Source: Gemmatimonadaceae bacterium (lineage in GTDB: Bacteria > Gemmatimonadota > Gemmatimonadetes > Gemmatimonadales > Gemmatimonadaceae). From it: a stretch of 64,000 nucleotides of DNA. Shown piece after piece: positions 37,287 through 46,861 of this stretch. The stretch spans positions 156,364 to 220,363 of the forward strand of contig JBBDYC010000009.1 of NCBI GenBank assembly GCA_040901985.1, read 5' to 3'. The notes beneath the pieces were generated by a model. It did not search any database. It saw nothing but the letters and a program-made list of their open reading frames with translations, and was not told the origin of the DNA. Position 1 is the first letter of the stretch, and each line of letters begins with the position of its first letter. Made by a program: the position numbers and the translations under genes.

Positions 37287-38024
37287 CTATCGCAGGGCGG
37301 CGATGACCCGCGCGAGTTCCGCCGCCGGATCGGCGGCGGCGGTCACCGCCCGCCCGATCACCAGGTACGCCGCCCCGTCCTCGGCGGCCCGCTCGGGAGT
37401 CGTCACCCGCGCCTGGTCGTGCGCGGCGCCGCCGGCCAGCCGGATCCCCGGCACCAGCGGGGCCAGCGTGGGGTGGGTCGTCCGCACCACCCGCACCTCC
37501 TGGCCGGAGCAGACAATCCCGTGCGCCCCCGCCGCGCGCGCCACGCCGGCGAGGCGAAGCACCTCACTCCCCAGCTCCGGCGCGTCGCGGCCGAGGGCGA
37601 CGCCGAGCGCCGCCGCATCGAAGCTGGTGAGGACCGTGACGACCATCACCCCGGTGGCGCTCCCTGCCCCCTCGACCGCCGCGTCCACCATCGGCGCGCC
37701 GCCGTAGCCGTGGACCGTGAGCAGCGAGACGCCCATCGCCGCCGCGCTGCGGGCGGCGGCGCGCACCGTGTTGGGGATATCGTGCAGCTTGAGGTCGAGG
37801 AAGACCCGACGGCCGTCGCCAAGCAGCCACTCGACGACCGTCGGCCCCTCGGCGGTAAAGAGCTCAAGGCCGACTTTCACGTAGTCGGCGTCGGGGCCGA
37901 GTCGCGCGATCAACTCGCGCGCCGCAGCGAGCGTCGGCACGTCCAGCGCGATGATCGGTTGCGCGCGCGGTTGACCGCGCGGTCGCTTGCGGAGCGCCGC
38001 CTCGCCGCCGCTCGGGGGTTTCAC
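37287..38024 (-). CDS. pyrF: Orotidine-5'-phosphate decarboxylase
   Basis: [41 protein letters not shown]. Confidence 0.96.
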   Translation of the reverse strand: MKPPSGGEAALRKRPRGQPRAQPIIALDVPTLAAARELIARLGPDADYVKVGLELFTAEGPTVVEWLLGDGRRVFLDLKLHDIPNTVRAAARSAAAMGVSLLTVHGYGGAPMVDAAVEGAGSATGVMVVTVLTSFDAAALGVALGRDAPELGSEVLRLAGVARAAGAHGIVCSGQEVRVVRTTHPTLAPLVPGIRLAGGAAHDQARVTTPERAAEDGAAYLVIGRAVTAAADPAAELARVIAALR

Positions 38025-38950
38025 GCCGGCCACTCCAGGGTGCCAATGAGGTCCGCGAGCCGCGCAATCCCGCGCGCGTCGCACCACCGGTGCAGGTCGC
38101 GCACGACCCGCGCCGGGAGGCGCGGGTCGGCGAGCGCAGCCGTGCCGATCGCCACCGCGCTCGCCCCGGCCATCAGGAACTGCAGGACGTCGGTCGCCTG
38201 TTGGGCGCCTCCGGCGCCGATGATCGGGACGTCCACGGCCTTCCGTACGCGGGCGACTGCGAGCACGCCGACCGCGAGCAGGCCCGCGCCGCTCACCCCG
38301 CCCGAACCGAACCCGAGCACCGGCCGACGCCGCTCGACATCAATCACCAAGCCGGGAATCGTGTTGATCACGGTGATGCCGTCGGCGCCGGCGTCCACGG
38401 CGCGCCGCGCCGTGTCGCCGAGGTCGGCGAGCGTCGGCGACAGCTTGACGAAGAGCGGGCGCTTGGTGGCCGCCCGCGCCCCCCGCACAACGGCCGACAG
38501 CGCGGACGGGTCGGCGCCAAACTCCATCCCCCCCTGCTTCACGTTCGGGCAACTCACGTTGAGTTCGTAGCCCTCGAAGCCGGCCGACTGATCGAGCCGC
38601 CCGATCACCGCGCCGAAGTCCGCCGCCTCGCGGCCGACCACGTTGACCAGCACGCGAGGGCGTCGCACGTGGGCCGCGAGCCACGGCAGATCCTCAGCGA
38701 GCACCGACTCCACGCCGGGATTCGCCAACCCCACCGCATTGATCATCCCGCCGTCGAAGTCGGCGACCCGCGGCGCCGGCGCGCCCGGGCGCGGCTCGAG
38801 ACTGACGGCCTTGGTGACGAAGCCCCCGAGCAGTTCGAGCGGCATCACGTCGGCAATCTCGCGGCCGTAGGCCGCGGTCCCCGCCGCGAGGAGTACTGGA
38901 TTCTGGAAGGTGATCCCGGCGGCCGTGACGTCGAGGGCGGCGCGACCCAT
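38021..38950 (-). CDS. pyrD: Dihydroorotate dehydrogenase catalytic subunit (family 1, likely 1B)
   Basis: NPVLLAAGT, MINAVGLANPG, ELNVSCPN, KLSP, INT, GGVSG. Confidence 0.93.
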   Translation of the reverse strand: MGRAALDVTAAGITFQNPVLLAAGTAAYGREIADVMPLELLGGFVTKAVSLEPRPGAPAPRVADFDGGMINAVGLANPGVESVLAEDLPWLAAHVRRPRVLVNVVGREAADFGAVIGRLDQSAGFEGYELNVSCPNVKQGGMEFGADPSALSAVVRGARAATKRPLFVKLSPTLADLGDTARRAVDAGADGITVINTIPGLVIDVERRRPVLGFGSGGVSGAGLLAVGVLAVARVRKAVDVPIIGAGGAQQATDVLQFLMAGASAVAIGTAALADPRLPARVVRDLHRWCDARGIARLADLIGTLEWPA

Positions 38951-40278
38951 CAGGGCGCCGCGCGCGTGCGACGTTCGTAGTGCTGGAGGTACTCCACCAC
39001 CGCGTCGGCAATCGCCAGCGCCAGCGCCTGCTGCCCGGCGTTGCTCGCCATCCAGCGCGCCTCGGCCGGGTTGGTGCCAAACCCGACCTCCACGAGCACC
39101 GCCGGCATATAGGCGCGCGCGAGCACCGCGAAGCCCGCCTGCTTGACGCCACGGTTCGGGCCCGGATGCGGGGCTTCGAGTCGGTTCTGGATCACCTGCG
39201 CAAGGTCGCTCGATTCGCGCAGGTGCTCGTTCTGCGCGAGGTCGTTGAGGATGAACGAGAGCGGGTCCCCCTTCTCGACCTCGGTGGCGGTCTCAAAGCG
39301 CACCACGTCGTTCTCCATCTCGGCGACGCGCCGTTCGTCCTCGGTCCGCGCGGTGGAGAGGTAATACGTCTCGAACCCACGCACGGCGGAGCCGTTCCGC
39401 CACGCCGGGTTGGCGGCGTTGGTGTGGATGGAGACGAAGAGGTCCGCCTTGCGCGCATTGGCGATCCGTCCGCGGTCGTCGCGTGCCACGAGCGTGTCGG
39501 TGCGCCGGGTCATCACGACGTTGACGCCCCGCGTCCGCAGCGCGTGTTCGAGCTTGAGCGCGATCGCGAGCGTGAGGCGCGACTCGTTGACCCGCCGGCC
39601 GTCGAGGACCACGCCGGGATTCCCGGGGTCGTTGCCGCCGTGGCCGGCGTCCACCGCGACCGTGTAGGAGCGGTAGAGGCCGTTGGCGCCCGGTCGGCGC
39701 GGCGCACTGGACAGCGGGACGACCGCGCCGGCCGTCCCGGTCGCGCTGACCGCGCTGACCGCGCTGACGGGCGTGGCCGCCGCCAGTCGTTCGGCGACGA
39801 CCGGACCGGTGCGGCGCGCAATTCCCTGGAAGAGGCGCACTTCCCACCGCGTCCGGTCCCACAGGATCCCGATCCCGAATCGCGGGATGATCTCGCTGAA
39901 GAGCTGGAGCGTGACGTACGGCGCGCCGTCCACGACGCGCGTCGCCTCGAGGAGCGGCAGCACGAAGCCGTTGTAGCCGGCGAACGGCGTCCCGGCGTGC
40001 AGGTCAATCGCCGCGCCGTAGAGCGCGAGCCGCCACTGGCCGGTGCCGCTCGGCTCCACGGTGCCGCCGAGGAGTCGCGCCATCAGCTCGAGCGACACCA
40101 TCCCGCCGGCGGGCGTCGGGACGAGGGTGACGACCGTGTCGCCGGCGACGCCCTTCACGCGGATGACGTCCCCCGGCGGCGCGTTCGCCGACGCGGCGGC
40201 CGACGCGGCGGGGGAGGCGGCGGGCGACAGGAGGACGAGCGCACTCGCCGCCAACAGGACCCGTGCCCGCGCGCTCAT
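38950..40278 (-). CDS. N-acetylmuramoyl-L-alanine amidase (Amidase_3, AmiC-like)
   Basis: Signal peptide; VDAGHGG.DPG, E, MTR, SIHTNA, GFETY, AGFAVL...MPAVLVEVGF. Confidence 0.92.
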   Translation of the reverse strand: MSARARVLLAASALVLLSPAASPAASAAASANAPPGDVIRVKGVAGDTVVTLVPTPAGGMVSLELMARLLGGTVEPSGTGQWRLALYGAAIDLHAGTPFAGYNGFVLPLLEATRVVDGAPYVTLQLFSEIIPRFGIGILWDRTRWEVRLFQGIARRTGPVVAERLAAATPVSAVSAVSATGTAGAVVPLSSAPRRPGANGLYRSYTVAVDAGHGGNDPGNPGVVLDGRRVNESRLTLAIALKLEHALRTRGVNVVMTRRTDTLVARDDRGRIANARKADLFVSIHTNAANPAWRNGSAVRGFETYYLSTARTEDERRVAEMENDVVRFETATEVEKGDPLSFILNDLAQNEHLRESSDLAQVIQNRLEAPHPGPNRGVKQAGFAVLARAYMPAVLVEVGFGTNPAEARWMASNAGQQALALAIADAVVEYLQHYERRTRAAP

Positions 40279-40748
40279 CGCGTCACCCGCAGCGCGCGCT
40301 GCATCTCGCGGGCGGCATCGCGCTCCTTCAGGTCGGCGCGCTTGTCGTGCAGCTTCTTGCCGCGGCCCAGGCCGATCCGCACCTTCGCGCGTCCGTGCTT
40401 GAAATAGAGGTCGAGTGCCACGAGCGTCAGTCCTTTCCGCTCCACCGCGCCGATCATCTGCCGGATCTCCTTCTGATGCAGCAGCAGCTTGCGCGTCCTG
40501 AGCGGATCGTGGTTCCAGATGTTGCCCATCGCATACGGCGCGATGTGCGCGTTGAGCAGCCAGACCTCGCCAGCCTTGACGACGCCGTACGCGTCGGTGA
40601 TCTGCGCGCGCCCGTCCCGCAGCGACTTCACTTCGGTCCCGGTCAGCACGAGGCCCGCCTCCCACGTCTCGAGTATTTCGTAGTCGTGGCGGGCGCGCTT
40701 GTTCCGGGCGATCGGCACGATCGCGTCGTCGGGCGTTGGCGTCTTCAT
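40275..40748 (-). CDS. smpB: SsrA-binding protein
   Basis: NKRARHDY, EAGLVLTGTEVKSLR, RTRKLLLH, GKKLHDKR. Confidence 0.97.
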   Translation of the reverse strand: MKTPTPDDAIVPIARNKRARHDYEILETWEAGLVLTGTEVKSLRDGRAQITDAYGVVKAGEVWLLNAHIAPYAMGNIWNHDPLRTRKLLLHQKEIRQMIGAVERKGLTLVALDLYFKHGRAKVRIGLGRGKKLHDKRADLKERDAAREMQRALRVTR

Positions 40749-40776
40749 CGGCTGCAATAAGGATGACGACCGAGCG

Positions 40777-40805
40777 TTGACTTGGGTATCCGTGCCCAAT
40801 ACGTT
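40777..40805 (+). promoter_or_regulatory. sigma70-like promoter of tRNA-Leu
   Basis: TTGACT-17 nt-TACGTT ending 10 nt before the tRNA. Confidence 0.65.
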
Positions 40806-40815
40806 CCGGCTCTCG

Positions 40816-40899
40816 GCCGAAGTGGTGGAATTGGTAGACGCGCTGCGTTCAGGGCGCAGTGGGCGTAAGCCCGTGGGGGTTCGAGTCCCCCCTTCGGCA
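40816..40899 (+). tRNA. tRNA-Leu(CAG), CCA not encoded
   Basis: Acceptor GCCGAAG/CTTCGGC+A, D-arm GGAATTGGTAGAC, anticodon arm CTGCG-TTCAGGG-CGCAG, long variable arm, T-arm GGGGGTTCGAGTCCCCC. Confidence 0.97.
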
Positions 40900-40928
40900 C
40901 TCTGAACCGCGGGGGACGGGCCGGCGCG

Positions 40929-41492
40929 TCAGCCCTGTCGGAGGACCGACGGCGGCACGTCCTCGGGAAGCCGCGCCTCGCCGTAGGCCTCGCGCAGGAC
41001 GGCGGCGGCCTCGTCGGCATAGCGCTCCAGGAGTTCGATGGCGTAGGCGAGCGGCGCGCCGGCCGTCCGCGCGCCGTCGCTCGCGAAGGCGAGCAGGCAC
41101 CGCCCCACCGCGTCGGGCGCCGAGACCGGACCGCCGCGCACCTGGAGCGCCTCGCGGTACGCCATCAGGCGCTCGTTGAACTGCCGTTCGGCGAGGTCTC
41201 GCCGGTCGCTCGCGATGTGCGGGTCGGCGGCCAGCGCGTCGGTGTACGTCCGCGCAATCTCCGCCACCGTCCGGTCATCCAAGGCGTCGCGCTGCGCGAC
41301 CAGGAGGCCGAGGGCGGCACGCGCGTAGCGAAGCTCCCAGCGCGCGTGGTCGCCATCGCCGTTCGCCGCCGCGTCCCCCAGCCACGCCACGTCGGCCTCG
41401 TCCGGCTCCTGGCGGAGGCGTTCCACCACGCGCTCCGCCTGACGGCGCCGGATGCGCGCCGCGCGCCAGCTGGCTGTGAACGGCAGCGCCAT
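40929..41492 (-). CDS. Hypothetical helical protein co-oriented with the Rrf2 gene
   Basis: 187-aa ORF with genome-like codon usage, 11 nt downstream of rrf2. Confidence 0.75.
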   Translation of the reverse strand: MALPFTASWRAARIRRRQAERVVERLRQEPDEADVAWLGDAAANGDGDHARWELRYARAALGLLVAQRDALDDRTVAEIARTYTDALAADPHIASDRRDLAERQFNERLMAYREALQVRGGPVSAPDAVGRCLLAFASDGARTAGAPLAYAIELLERYADEAAAVLREAYGEARLPEDVPPSVLRQG

Positions 41493-41503
41493 CGTCCGGC
41501 CGC

Positions 41504-41959
41504 TCAGGCCTGCAGCACGGGAAGCCCGACGCGCTGCCGCACCGCCGACTCCTTGCCCAGCAGGTCGGAAAGCCGGACCTCCTCGAGCACCTCGTCAATC
41601 CGCTTCTGCAACATCACCCAGACCGGCCGGATGCTGCAGTCGCACGACTGCGCGCAGCGCTCCTCGGTCAAGGGATGCGTCTCGCAGTGGAGGTCGAAGG
41701 TCACGAGCTCGGCGGCGGTGATGATCTCCCGTACGCTGATCTCCTCAGCGGTCCGGGCGAGCGCGTACCCGCCCTTGGCCCCGCGCGTGCTCTGGACGAT
41801 CCCGGCGCGTCGCAACCGGAGCAGGATCTGCTCGACGTAGTCACCGGGGAGGCGCTCCCGCGCCGCGATGTCGCGCCCCGTCACCGGCCCCTCCTCCGTC
41901 CGCTTGGCGAGGTGGAGGGCGCAAATGACGCCGTATTCGGCCCACGTGGTGATCCGCAT
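41504..41959 (-). CDS. Rrf2-family transcriptional regulator (IscR-like, Cys ligands)
   Basis: YVEQILLRLRRAGIVQSTRGAKGGYALA; C-terminal CETHPLTEERCAQSCDC..RPVW. Confidence 0.92.
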   Translation of the reverse strand: MRITTWAEYGVICALHLAKRTEEGPVTGRDIAARERLPGDYVEQILLRLRRAGIVQSTRGAKGGYALARTAEEISVREIITAAELVTFDLHCETHPLTEERCAQSCDCSIRPVWVMLQKRIDEVLEEVRLSDLLGKESAVRQRVGLPVLQA

Positions 41960-41964
41960 ACTGG

Positions 41965-41994
41965 AAGATGTCCCGCGCCGACCTATCGGGACAA
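41965..41994 (-). promoter_or_regulatory. Putative rrf2 promoter overlapped by the inverted repeat TGTCCCG-N11-CGGGACA
   Basis: Minus strand TTGTCC-18 nt-CATCTT-5 nt-ATG; palindrome arms at 41969-41975 and 41987-41993. Confidence 0.45.
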
Positions 41995-42004
41995 GGGCAC
42001 TCGG

Positions 42005-43414
42005 TTAGCGATCCGCCCCGGGGACACCCGGTTCCGTCAGGCGCCGGAGGTCCAGCAGCTCGTCGGCTTCGGACGCCGAGAGGAGGCCCTCGCGGACCAC
42101 GAGGTCGCGGATCGGGACGCCTGTGTCCACGGAGCGCTTGGTGAGCGCCGCCACCGCCGCGTACCCAATCCGCGGGGCGAGGGCCGTCGCGAGCGCCGCC
42201 GACCGCTCCACCCAGTGGGCGAGCATCGGCGGGTTGGCCTGCAGGTCGCGGACGCACCGCTCGTCGAGCACGCGGGCGGCATTGCCGAGGATCCGGATCT
42301 CGCTCAGCAGGTTGTGCGCCAACACGGGCATCATCACGTTCAGCTCGAGCTGCCCCTGTTCGGCGGCGGCGGCGACCGTCGCGTCGTGCCCGATCACCTG
42401 GAACACAACCTGATTGACCATCTCGGGGATGCTGGGGTTGACCTTTCCCGGCATTATGCTCGACCCCGGTTGGACGGCGGGGAGCCGCAGCTCGTCGAGC
42501 CCGGTGCGCGGTCCGCTGGCGAGCAGCCGCAGGTCGCTGGAGATCTTGCCGAGGTCGAGCGCCAACGTGCGCCACGCCGCGCTGACCCCGGCGGCGTCCC
42601 CCATACTTTGCATCAGCTGCACCCGGTCCGCACCGAGACGGACCGGGAGCCCGGTGAGTGGGCGCAGTGCCTCGACCATCCGCTCGGCGTAGTCCGGCTG
42701 CGCGTTGACGCCGGTCCCGACCGCCGTGCCGCCGATCCCGAGATCGAGCAGGTAATCGGCGGCGTCGCGCACACGGCGCGCCCCGCGCTCGAGCGACCCC
42801 GCCCAGGCACCGATTTCCTGCCCGAGCCGGATCGGCATCGCATCCTGCAGGTGCGTGCGGCCGGCCTTCACGACGTCGTCGAACTCGGCCGCGCGGCGCC
42901 GCAGTGTCGCCGCCAATCCGTCCACGCCGGCGAGGGCGGGCACGAGCGCGCCCAACGCGGCGAGTCGGATGGCCGTGGGAATCACGTCGTTGGTGGACTG
43001 CGCCATGTTGACGTGGTCGTTCGGATGCACGGGCGTGTAGCTGCCGAGCGGCGCGCCGAGCGCGCGATTGGCAAGGTTCGCCAGCACCTCGTTGACGTTC
43101 ATGTTGAGCGAGGTGCCGGCCCCCGCCTGGAAGACGTCCACGACGAAGTGGTCGCGGTGCGCGCCGCCCACCACCGCGTCGGCGGCGGCGATGATCGCAT
43201 CGGCGAGCGCCCGATCGAGCCGGCCGGTGGCCGCGTGGACCGACGCCGCCGCGCGCTTGATCCGCACGACGGCGTCAATGAACCCGGGGTCGGGTCGCAG
43301 CCCGCTGATCGGGAAGTTCGCGACGGCGCGCGCGGTCTGCGCGCCGTAGAGCGCATCGGTCGGGACCCGGACCTCGCCGAGGGGGTCCCGCTCGACGCGC
43401 GTCGCGTCACTCAC
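42005..43414 (-). CDS. aspA: Aspartate ammonia-lyase / class II fumarase family
   Basis: GAGTSLNMNVNEV, HPNDHVNMAQSTND, GRTHLQDA, GSSIMPGKVNP. Confidence 0.85.
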   Translation of the reverse strand: MSDATRVERDPLGEVRVPTDALYGAQTARAVANFPISGLRPDPGFIDAVVRIKRAAASVHAATGRLDRALADAIIAAADAVVGGAHRDHFVVDVFQAGAGTSLNMNVNEVLANLANRALGAPLGSYTPVHPNDHVNMAQSTNDVIPTAIRLAALGALVPALAGVDGLAATLRRRAAEFDDVVKAGRTHLQDAMPIRLGQEIGAWAGSLERGARRVRDAADYLLDLGIGGTAVGTGVNAQPDYAERMVEALRPLTGLPVRLGADRVQLMQSMGDAAGVSAAWRTLALDLGKISSDLRLLASGPRTGLDELRLPAVQPGSSIMPGKVNPSIPEMVNQVVFQVIGHDATVAAAAEQGQLELNVMMPVLAHNLLSEIRILGNAARVLDERCVRDLQANPPMLAHWVERSAALATALAPRIGYAAVAALTKRSVDTGVPIRDLVVREGLLSASEADELLDLRRLTEPGVPGADR

Positions 43415-44202
43415 GGCGTGGCGAGTCGGATTGGCTGGTCGAAAAACGAGCTCACGGTCAGCTTGGTGCGCTCGTCAATGACCACCGTGCCCTGCCGCAC
43501 CCGCTCCACCGCCACGCTCTTGCTGGCCGGGTCCGCGTCCGCCCAGACGTCGGCGTAGATCGCGCCGACCTCGCCGCTCCCGTCGTCGGCAAAGATGCAG
43601 ATGATCTCGGTGTTCGGGTCCGGTGATGCCGTGTTCGAGAGGCGCAGACGGAAGACGATCGTCGAGCCGGGCTCGGTCGCTGCCGTCCAGGTGACGGTCA
43701 GGGGCTCGGCGTCCGCCGGGTTACCGACGGGGTCGAAGGTGAAAGGTTCGGCCGTACGGACCTTGACGGTGGCCGGCGGGAATCCATTCACGTCACCCGG
43801 AACGGTCAGCGTCAGCGTATCGCCGGGCGTGTAGGGCACCGATTTCACTCCGACCAGCGAGTACGAAGTGATGCCGAGGTCGGTGTTGGCACGGAGCGTG
43901 TCGTCGCGCCCGGAGAGCGTGAGGTACACGCCCTCGCCGGCTTCCATCGTGGGCAGGGTCGCGATTGGCGGTGCAATCGGCGAGTACGGGATGGCGATGC
44001 ACGTCTCGAGCTCGCCCAAGTCAGCCGAGAGGCCATTGTAGCGATAGAACGCCCCGAGGTACTCCATCGCGTAGGTCGAGCCGCCGGCGTCAAGCGCCAC
44101 GGCGGCGACGAATCCGCTCCGCTCGCGCGCAGTGCTGAGTCCGTCGTTGCAGCCGGCAAGCAGAAGGGCGAGCCCTGAGAGGGCGATTGTGCGGATCGGC
44201 AT
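43411..44202 (-). CDS. Hypothetical beta-rich lipoprotein
   Basis: Lipobox LLLAGC after a hydrophobic stretch; Thr/Pro-rich Ig-like content; stop overlaps the aspA start. Confidence 0.75.
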   Translation of the reverse strand: MPIRTIALSGLALLLAGCNDGLSTARERSGFVAAVALDAGGSTYAMEYLGAFYRYNGLSADLGELETCIAIPYSPIAPPIATLPTMEAGEGVYLTLSGRDDTLRANTDLGITSYSLVGVKSVPYTPGDTLTLTVPGDVNGFPPATVKVRTAEPFTFDPVGNPADAEPLTVTWTAATEPGSTIVFRLRLSNTASPDPNTEIICIFADDGSGEVGAIYADVWADADPASKSVAVERVRQGTVVIDERTKLTVSSFFDQPIRLATP

Positions 44203-44342
44203 GAGCGGCATAGGGATGAAGGGCGGAGACACTCGAGAAAGATAGCTCGACCCGGGCGGTTCCCGAAGGGTCCGCACGGCGGCCCAAGGGCCATACCCGC
44301 GAACCGCGCCTCAGTGTCACGTCACGCGCTCGGGGCGCGTCT

Positions 44343-44987
44343 CTACCGCTGCAGGATGCGCGCGGCGCCCGTCAAGAATGGGTTGGTCCGCCGTTCGCGT
44401 TCGAGCGTCGTCTCCGGACCGTGCCCCGGATGCACCACGGTGCCCTCCGGCAGCGCCGCCAGCCGTGCCAGCGAGCGCTCCATCGCCGCCGGATCGCAGA
44501 GCGGAAGGTCGGTGCGCCCGATGGACCCGGCAAAGAGCACGTCGCCGCTGAAGCAGTGGCCGCCGCCGACGAACGCCACGTGTCCCGGCGCGTGACCCGG
44601 CAGGTGGAGGACGTCGAACGCGAGGTCGCCGAACGCGAGGACGTCGCCCTCGCCGAGCGGCCGGTCCGGTGGCGGGGGCGCGTCGAACGACACCCCGTAC
44701 GCGGCGGCGATCCGCGGCGCGTGCTCGAACAGCGGCGCGTCGGCGGGGTGCGCGTACACCGGCGCGTCGGGCCACGCCGCCTTCACGCCGGCGAGACCGC
44801 CGATGTGGTCAATGTGCCCGTGGGTGATCCAGACCGCCGTCACCCGCGCGCCCAGCCGGTCAATCTCCGCGCACAGGCGCGCCGCCTCGTCGCCCGGGTC
44901 CACCACCACCACCTCACCGCGCGCCGGGTCGTGCAGGAACCAGGTGTTCTCCTCGAACGCGCCGACGGTCAGCGCGTGGACCTTCAT
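44343..44987 (-). CDS. MBL-fold metallo-hydrolase (glyoxalase II/YcbL-like)
   Basis: DPG, THGHIDHIGG, PGHAPG, SGDVLFAGSIGRTD, HPGHG. Confidence 0.93.
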   Translation of the reverse strand: MKVHALTVGAFEENTWFLHDPARGEVVVVDPGDEAARLCAEIDRLGARVTAVWITHGHIDHIGGLAGVKAAWPDAPVYAHPADAPLFEHAPRIAAAYGVSFDAPPPPDRPLGEGDVLAFGDLAFDVLHLPGHAPGHVAFVGGGHCFSGDVLFAGSIGRTDLPLCDPAAMERSLARLAALPEGTVVHPGHGPETTLERERRTNPFLTGAARILQR

Positions 44988-45973
44988 CCCGTCGCCGCCC
45001 CGGTGAGCATCGGCACCGCGGTCGGCAGCGGCTGGCCATTCTTGCGCGCCGTCAGGTACTTCTCGACCGCGATCGCCGCGGTCGTCGCGTCGCCCACCGC
45101 CGTGGTGACCTGCCGGGTGAGCTGCACGCGCACGTCCCCGGCGGCGAAGAGCCCCGGCACCGAGGTCTGCATGCTCGCGTCGGTGAGCAAATAGCCCGTC
45201 GCGTCGTGCGTGACGTGCTCCTTGATGATCCCGGTGTTGGGGGTGAATCCGACAAAGATGAAGATCCCCGTCGCGGCAAGGTCGGACGACGCCCCGGACT
45301 TGAGGTTCCGCACCCGCGCGTGCGTCATCAGGCCGTCCTTGCCGACAATCTCGTCCACCACGGTGTCCCAGACCACCTCGATCTTCGGGTTCGCGAAGAC
45401 GCGCTGCTGGATGATCTTCGAGGCGCGGAACTCATCGCGCCGATGCACGAGGTGGACCTTGGTGGCAAAGCGCGTGAGGAAGTCGGCCTCCTCGCACGCC
45501 GCGTCGCCGCCGCCGACGACGGCGATCGTCTGGTCCTTGAAGAAGGCGCCGTCGCAGATCGCGCAGTACGAGACCCCCTTGCCCGCGTACTCCAGCTCGC
45601 CGGGCACGCCGAGCTTCACCGGCGTCCCGCCGGCGGTCACGATCACCGCCGGTGCGCGATATACGTCGCCGTTCTCGGCGGTCACCGCGAAGGTCCCATC
45701 GGCGCCCTTCACGATGGAGACGACCGGCGTCGAGGTACGGATCTCGGCGCCGAACTTCTCGGCGTGCGTCTGGAACTTGGTGGCCAGTTCGTGGCCGAGG
45801 ATGTGCTCGAACCCGATGTAGTCCTCGATGACCTCGGTGTTGAGCAGCTCGCCGCCGGGAAAGCCGCGCTCCAGGACCACGGCGCGCAGCATCGCGCGGC
45901 CGGCGTAGAGGCCGGCACACATTCCGGCCGGTCCGGCGCCGATGATCACCACCTCAAAGTCGTGCGTCGCCAA
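44984..45973 (-). CDS. trxB: Thioredoxin-disulfide reductase
   Basis: GAGPAG, GVSYCAICDG, GGGDAA.EEA, HRRDEFRAS, FAAGD; TTG start with a GGAG RBS. Confidence 0.95.
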   Translation of the reverse strand: MATHDFEVVIIGAGPAGMCAGLYAGRAMLRAVVLERGFPGGELLNTEVIEDYIGFEHILGHELATKFQTHAEKFGAEIRTSTPVVSIVKGADGTFAVTAENGDVYRAPAVIVTAGGTPVKLGVPGELEYAGKGVSYCAICDGAFFKDQTIAVVGGGDAACEEADFLTRFATKVHLVHRRDEFRASKIIQQRVFANPKIEVVWDTVVDEIVGKDGLMTHARVRNLKSGASSDLAATGIFIFVGFTPNTGIIKEHVTHDATGYLLTDASMQTSVPGLFAAGDVRVQLTRQVTTAVGDATTAAIAVEKYLTARKNGQPLPTAVPMLTGAATG

Positions 45974-46072
45974 CTCGCGCTCCGTTTCGTCGTCAGGTCG
46001 AGGCAATCTAGGCGCCGGTCACGGGGGACACCACGGGCCGCGCCACCAACCCACCTCAGGGGAGCAATCGGG

Positions 46073-46861
46073 TCAGGGCGCGGCGAGTTCCAGCACGGTG
46101 AGCGCGCCGTGGCAATGGGACACGGTGCCGATGAGGACCTCGGCCGCGCGTGTCGCCGCGACGGACGCCACGAGGGCATCGGCGGCGACGACCGCCGCGA
46201 CGTCGAACATCCCGACACCATAGGCGCGGTGCTCGCAATGAAAGAGTGCCGGGCCGTCGAGGCGGCGTCCCCGCAACCGCTCGGTCTCGACAAAGGCGCG
46301 GATGGTGGGCGGCAGACTCCACGCGCGCGGTCCGCGCGTGTGCGGACAGGTGCGCGGCTCGACGCAGTTGATCGGACACTCCCAGGTGGCGAAGCTCACG
46401 TAGTGCGTGCCGTCGTCGCCGGCGCGCTGCCACGGCACGTCCACCGCGCCGTCGAGCGGCTGGAGGCGCAGCGCGCGTCCCGGCCACCGCGCGCGGGCGC
46501 GCGACACCACCCAGTGGCTCATCAGGTGCGGCATCAGCGGCGACGGGACGATCGCGTCGGCGGCGCTCGCCTCGTGCGTCACGACCGCAGCGGCGGCAGT
46601 GGCGGCCGCGGCCGCGGCGAGATACTCCGCGAAGAAGCTGCCCCACTCACGCGTCACCATCGTCAGGCCCTCGGCGTCCGCGGCAATCGCACTGTCGGGA
46701 TTGCGGTCCACGACGACCAGCCGCCGCCAGGTCAGCGCGCCGGCCTCGCGTGCCCGCCGCAGCTGGCGCACGTAGTAGGACCCGTAGCAGCCGCCGCCGA
46801 CCACGACGATGTCGCCGTACGCCTGCGGGGCGGACCCCTCAAGGCCGGACACGACGGCCAC
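46073..46861 (-). CDS. Hypothetical protein: N-terminal Rossmann-like motif plus Cys/His-rich C-terminal domain
   Basis: IVVVGGGCYG..VVDR; SFATWECPINCVEPRTCPHT; FHCEH; GTVSHCHG. Confidence 0.8.
   Translation of the reverse strand: MAVVSGLEGSAPQAYGDIVVVGGGCYGSYYVRQLRRAREAGALTWRRLVVVDRNPDSAIAADAEGLTMVTREWGSFFAEYLAAAAAATAAAAVVTHEASAADAIVPSPLMPHLMSHWVVSRARARWPGRALRLQPLDGAVDVPWQRAGDDGTHYVSFATWECPINCVEPRTCPHTRGPRAWSLPPTIRAFVETERLRGRRLDGPALFHCEHRAYGVGMFDVAAVVAADALVASVAATRAAEVLIGTVSHCHGALTVLELAAP

Noticed and set aside
40275..40930. tmRNA next to smpB
   Set aside because: The only structured RNA here is a canonical tRNA-Leu; there is no room or tag reading frame for ssrA.
40816..41492. Genomic island integrated at tRNA-Leu
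   Set aside because: No integrase, no duplicated tRNA 3' end, and no compositional shift downstream.
44343..44987. Antibiotic-resistance beta-lactamases (MBL gene; SxxK domain of the nagZ fusion)
   Set aside because: Motifs and context fit a glyoxalase II-like hydrolase and an AmiE-like amidase.
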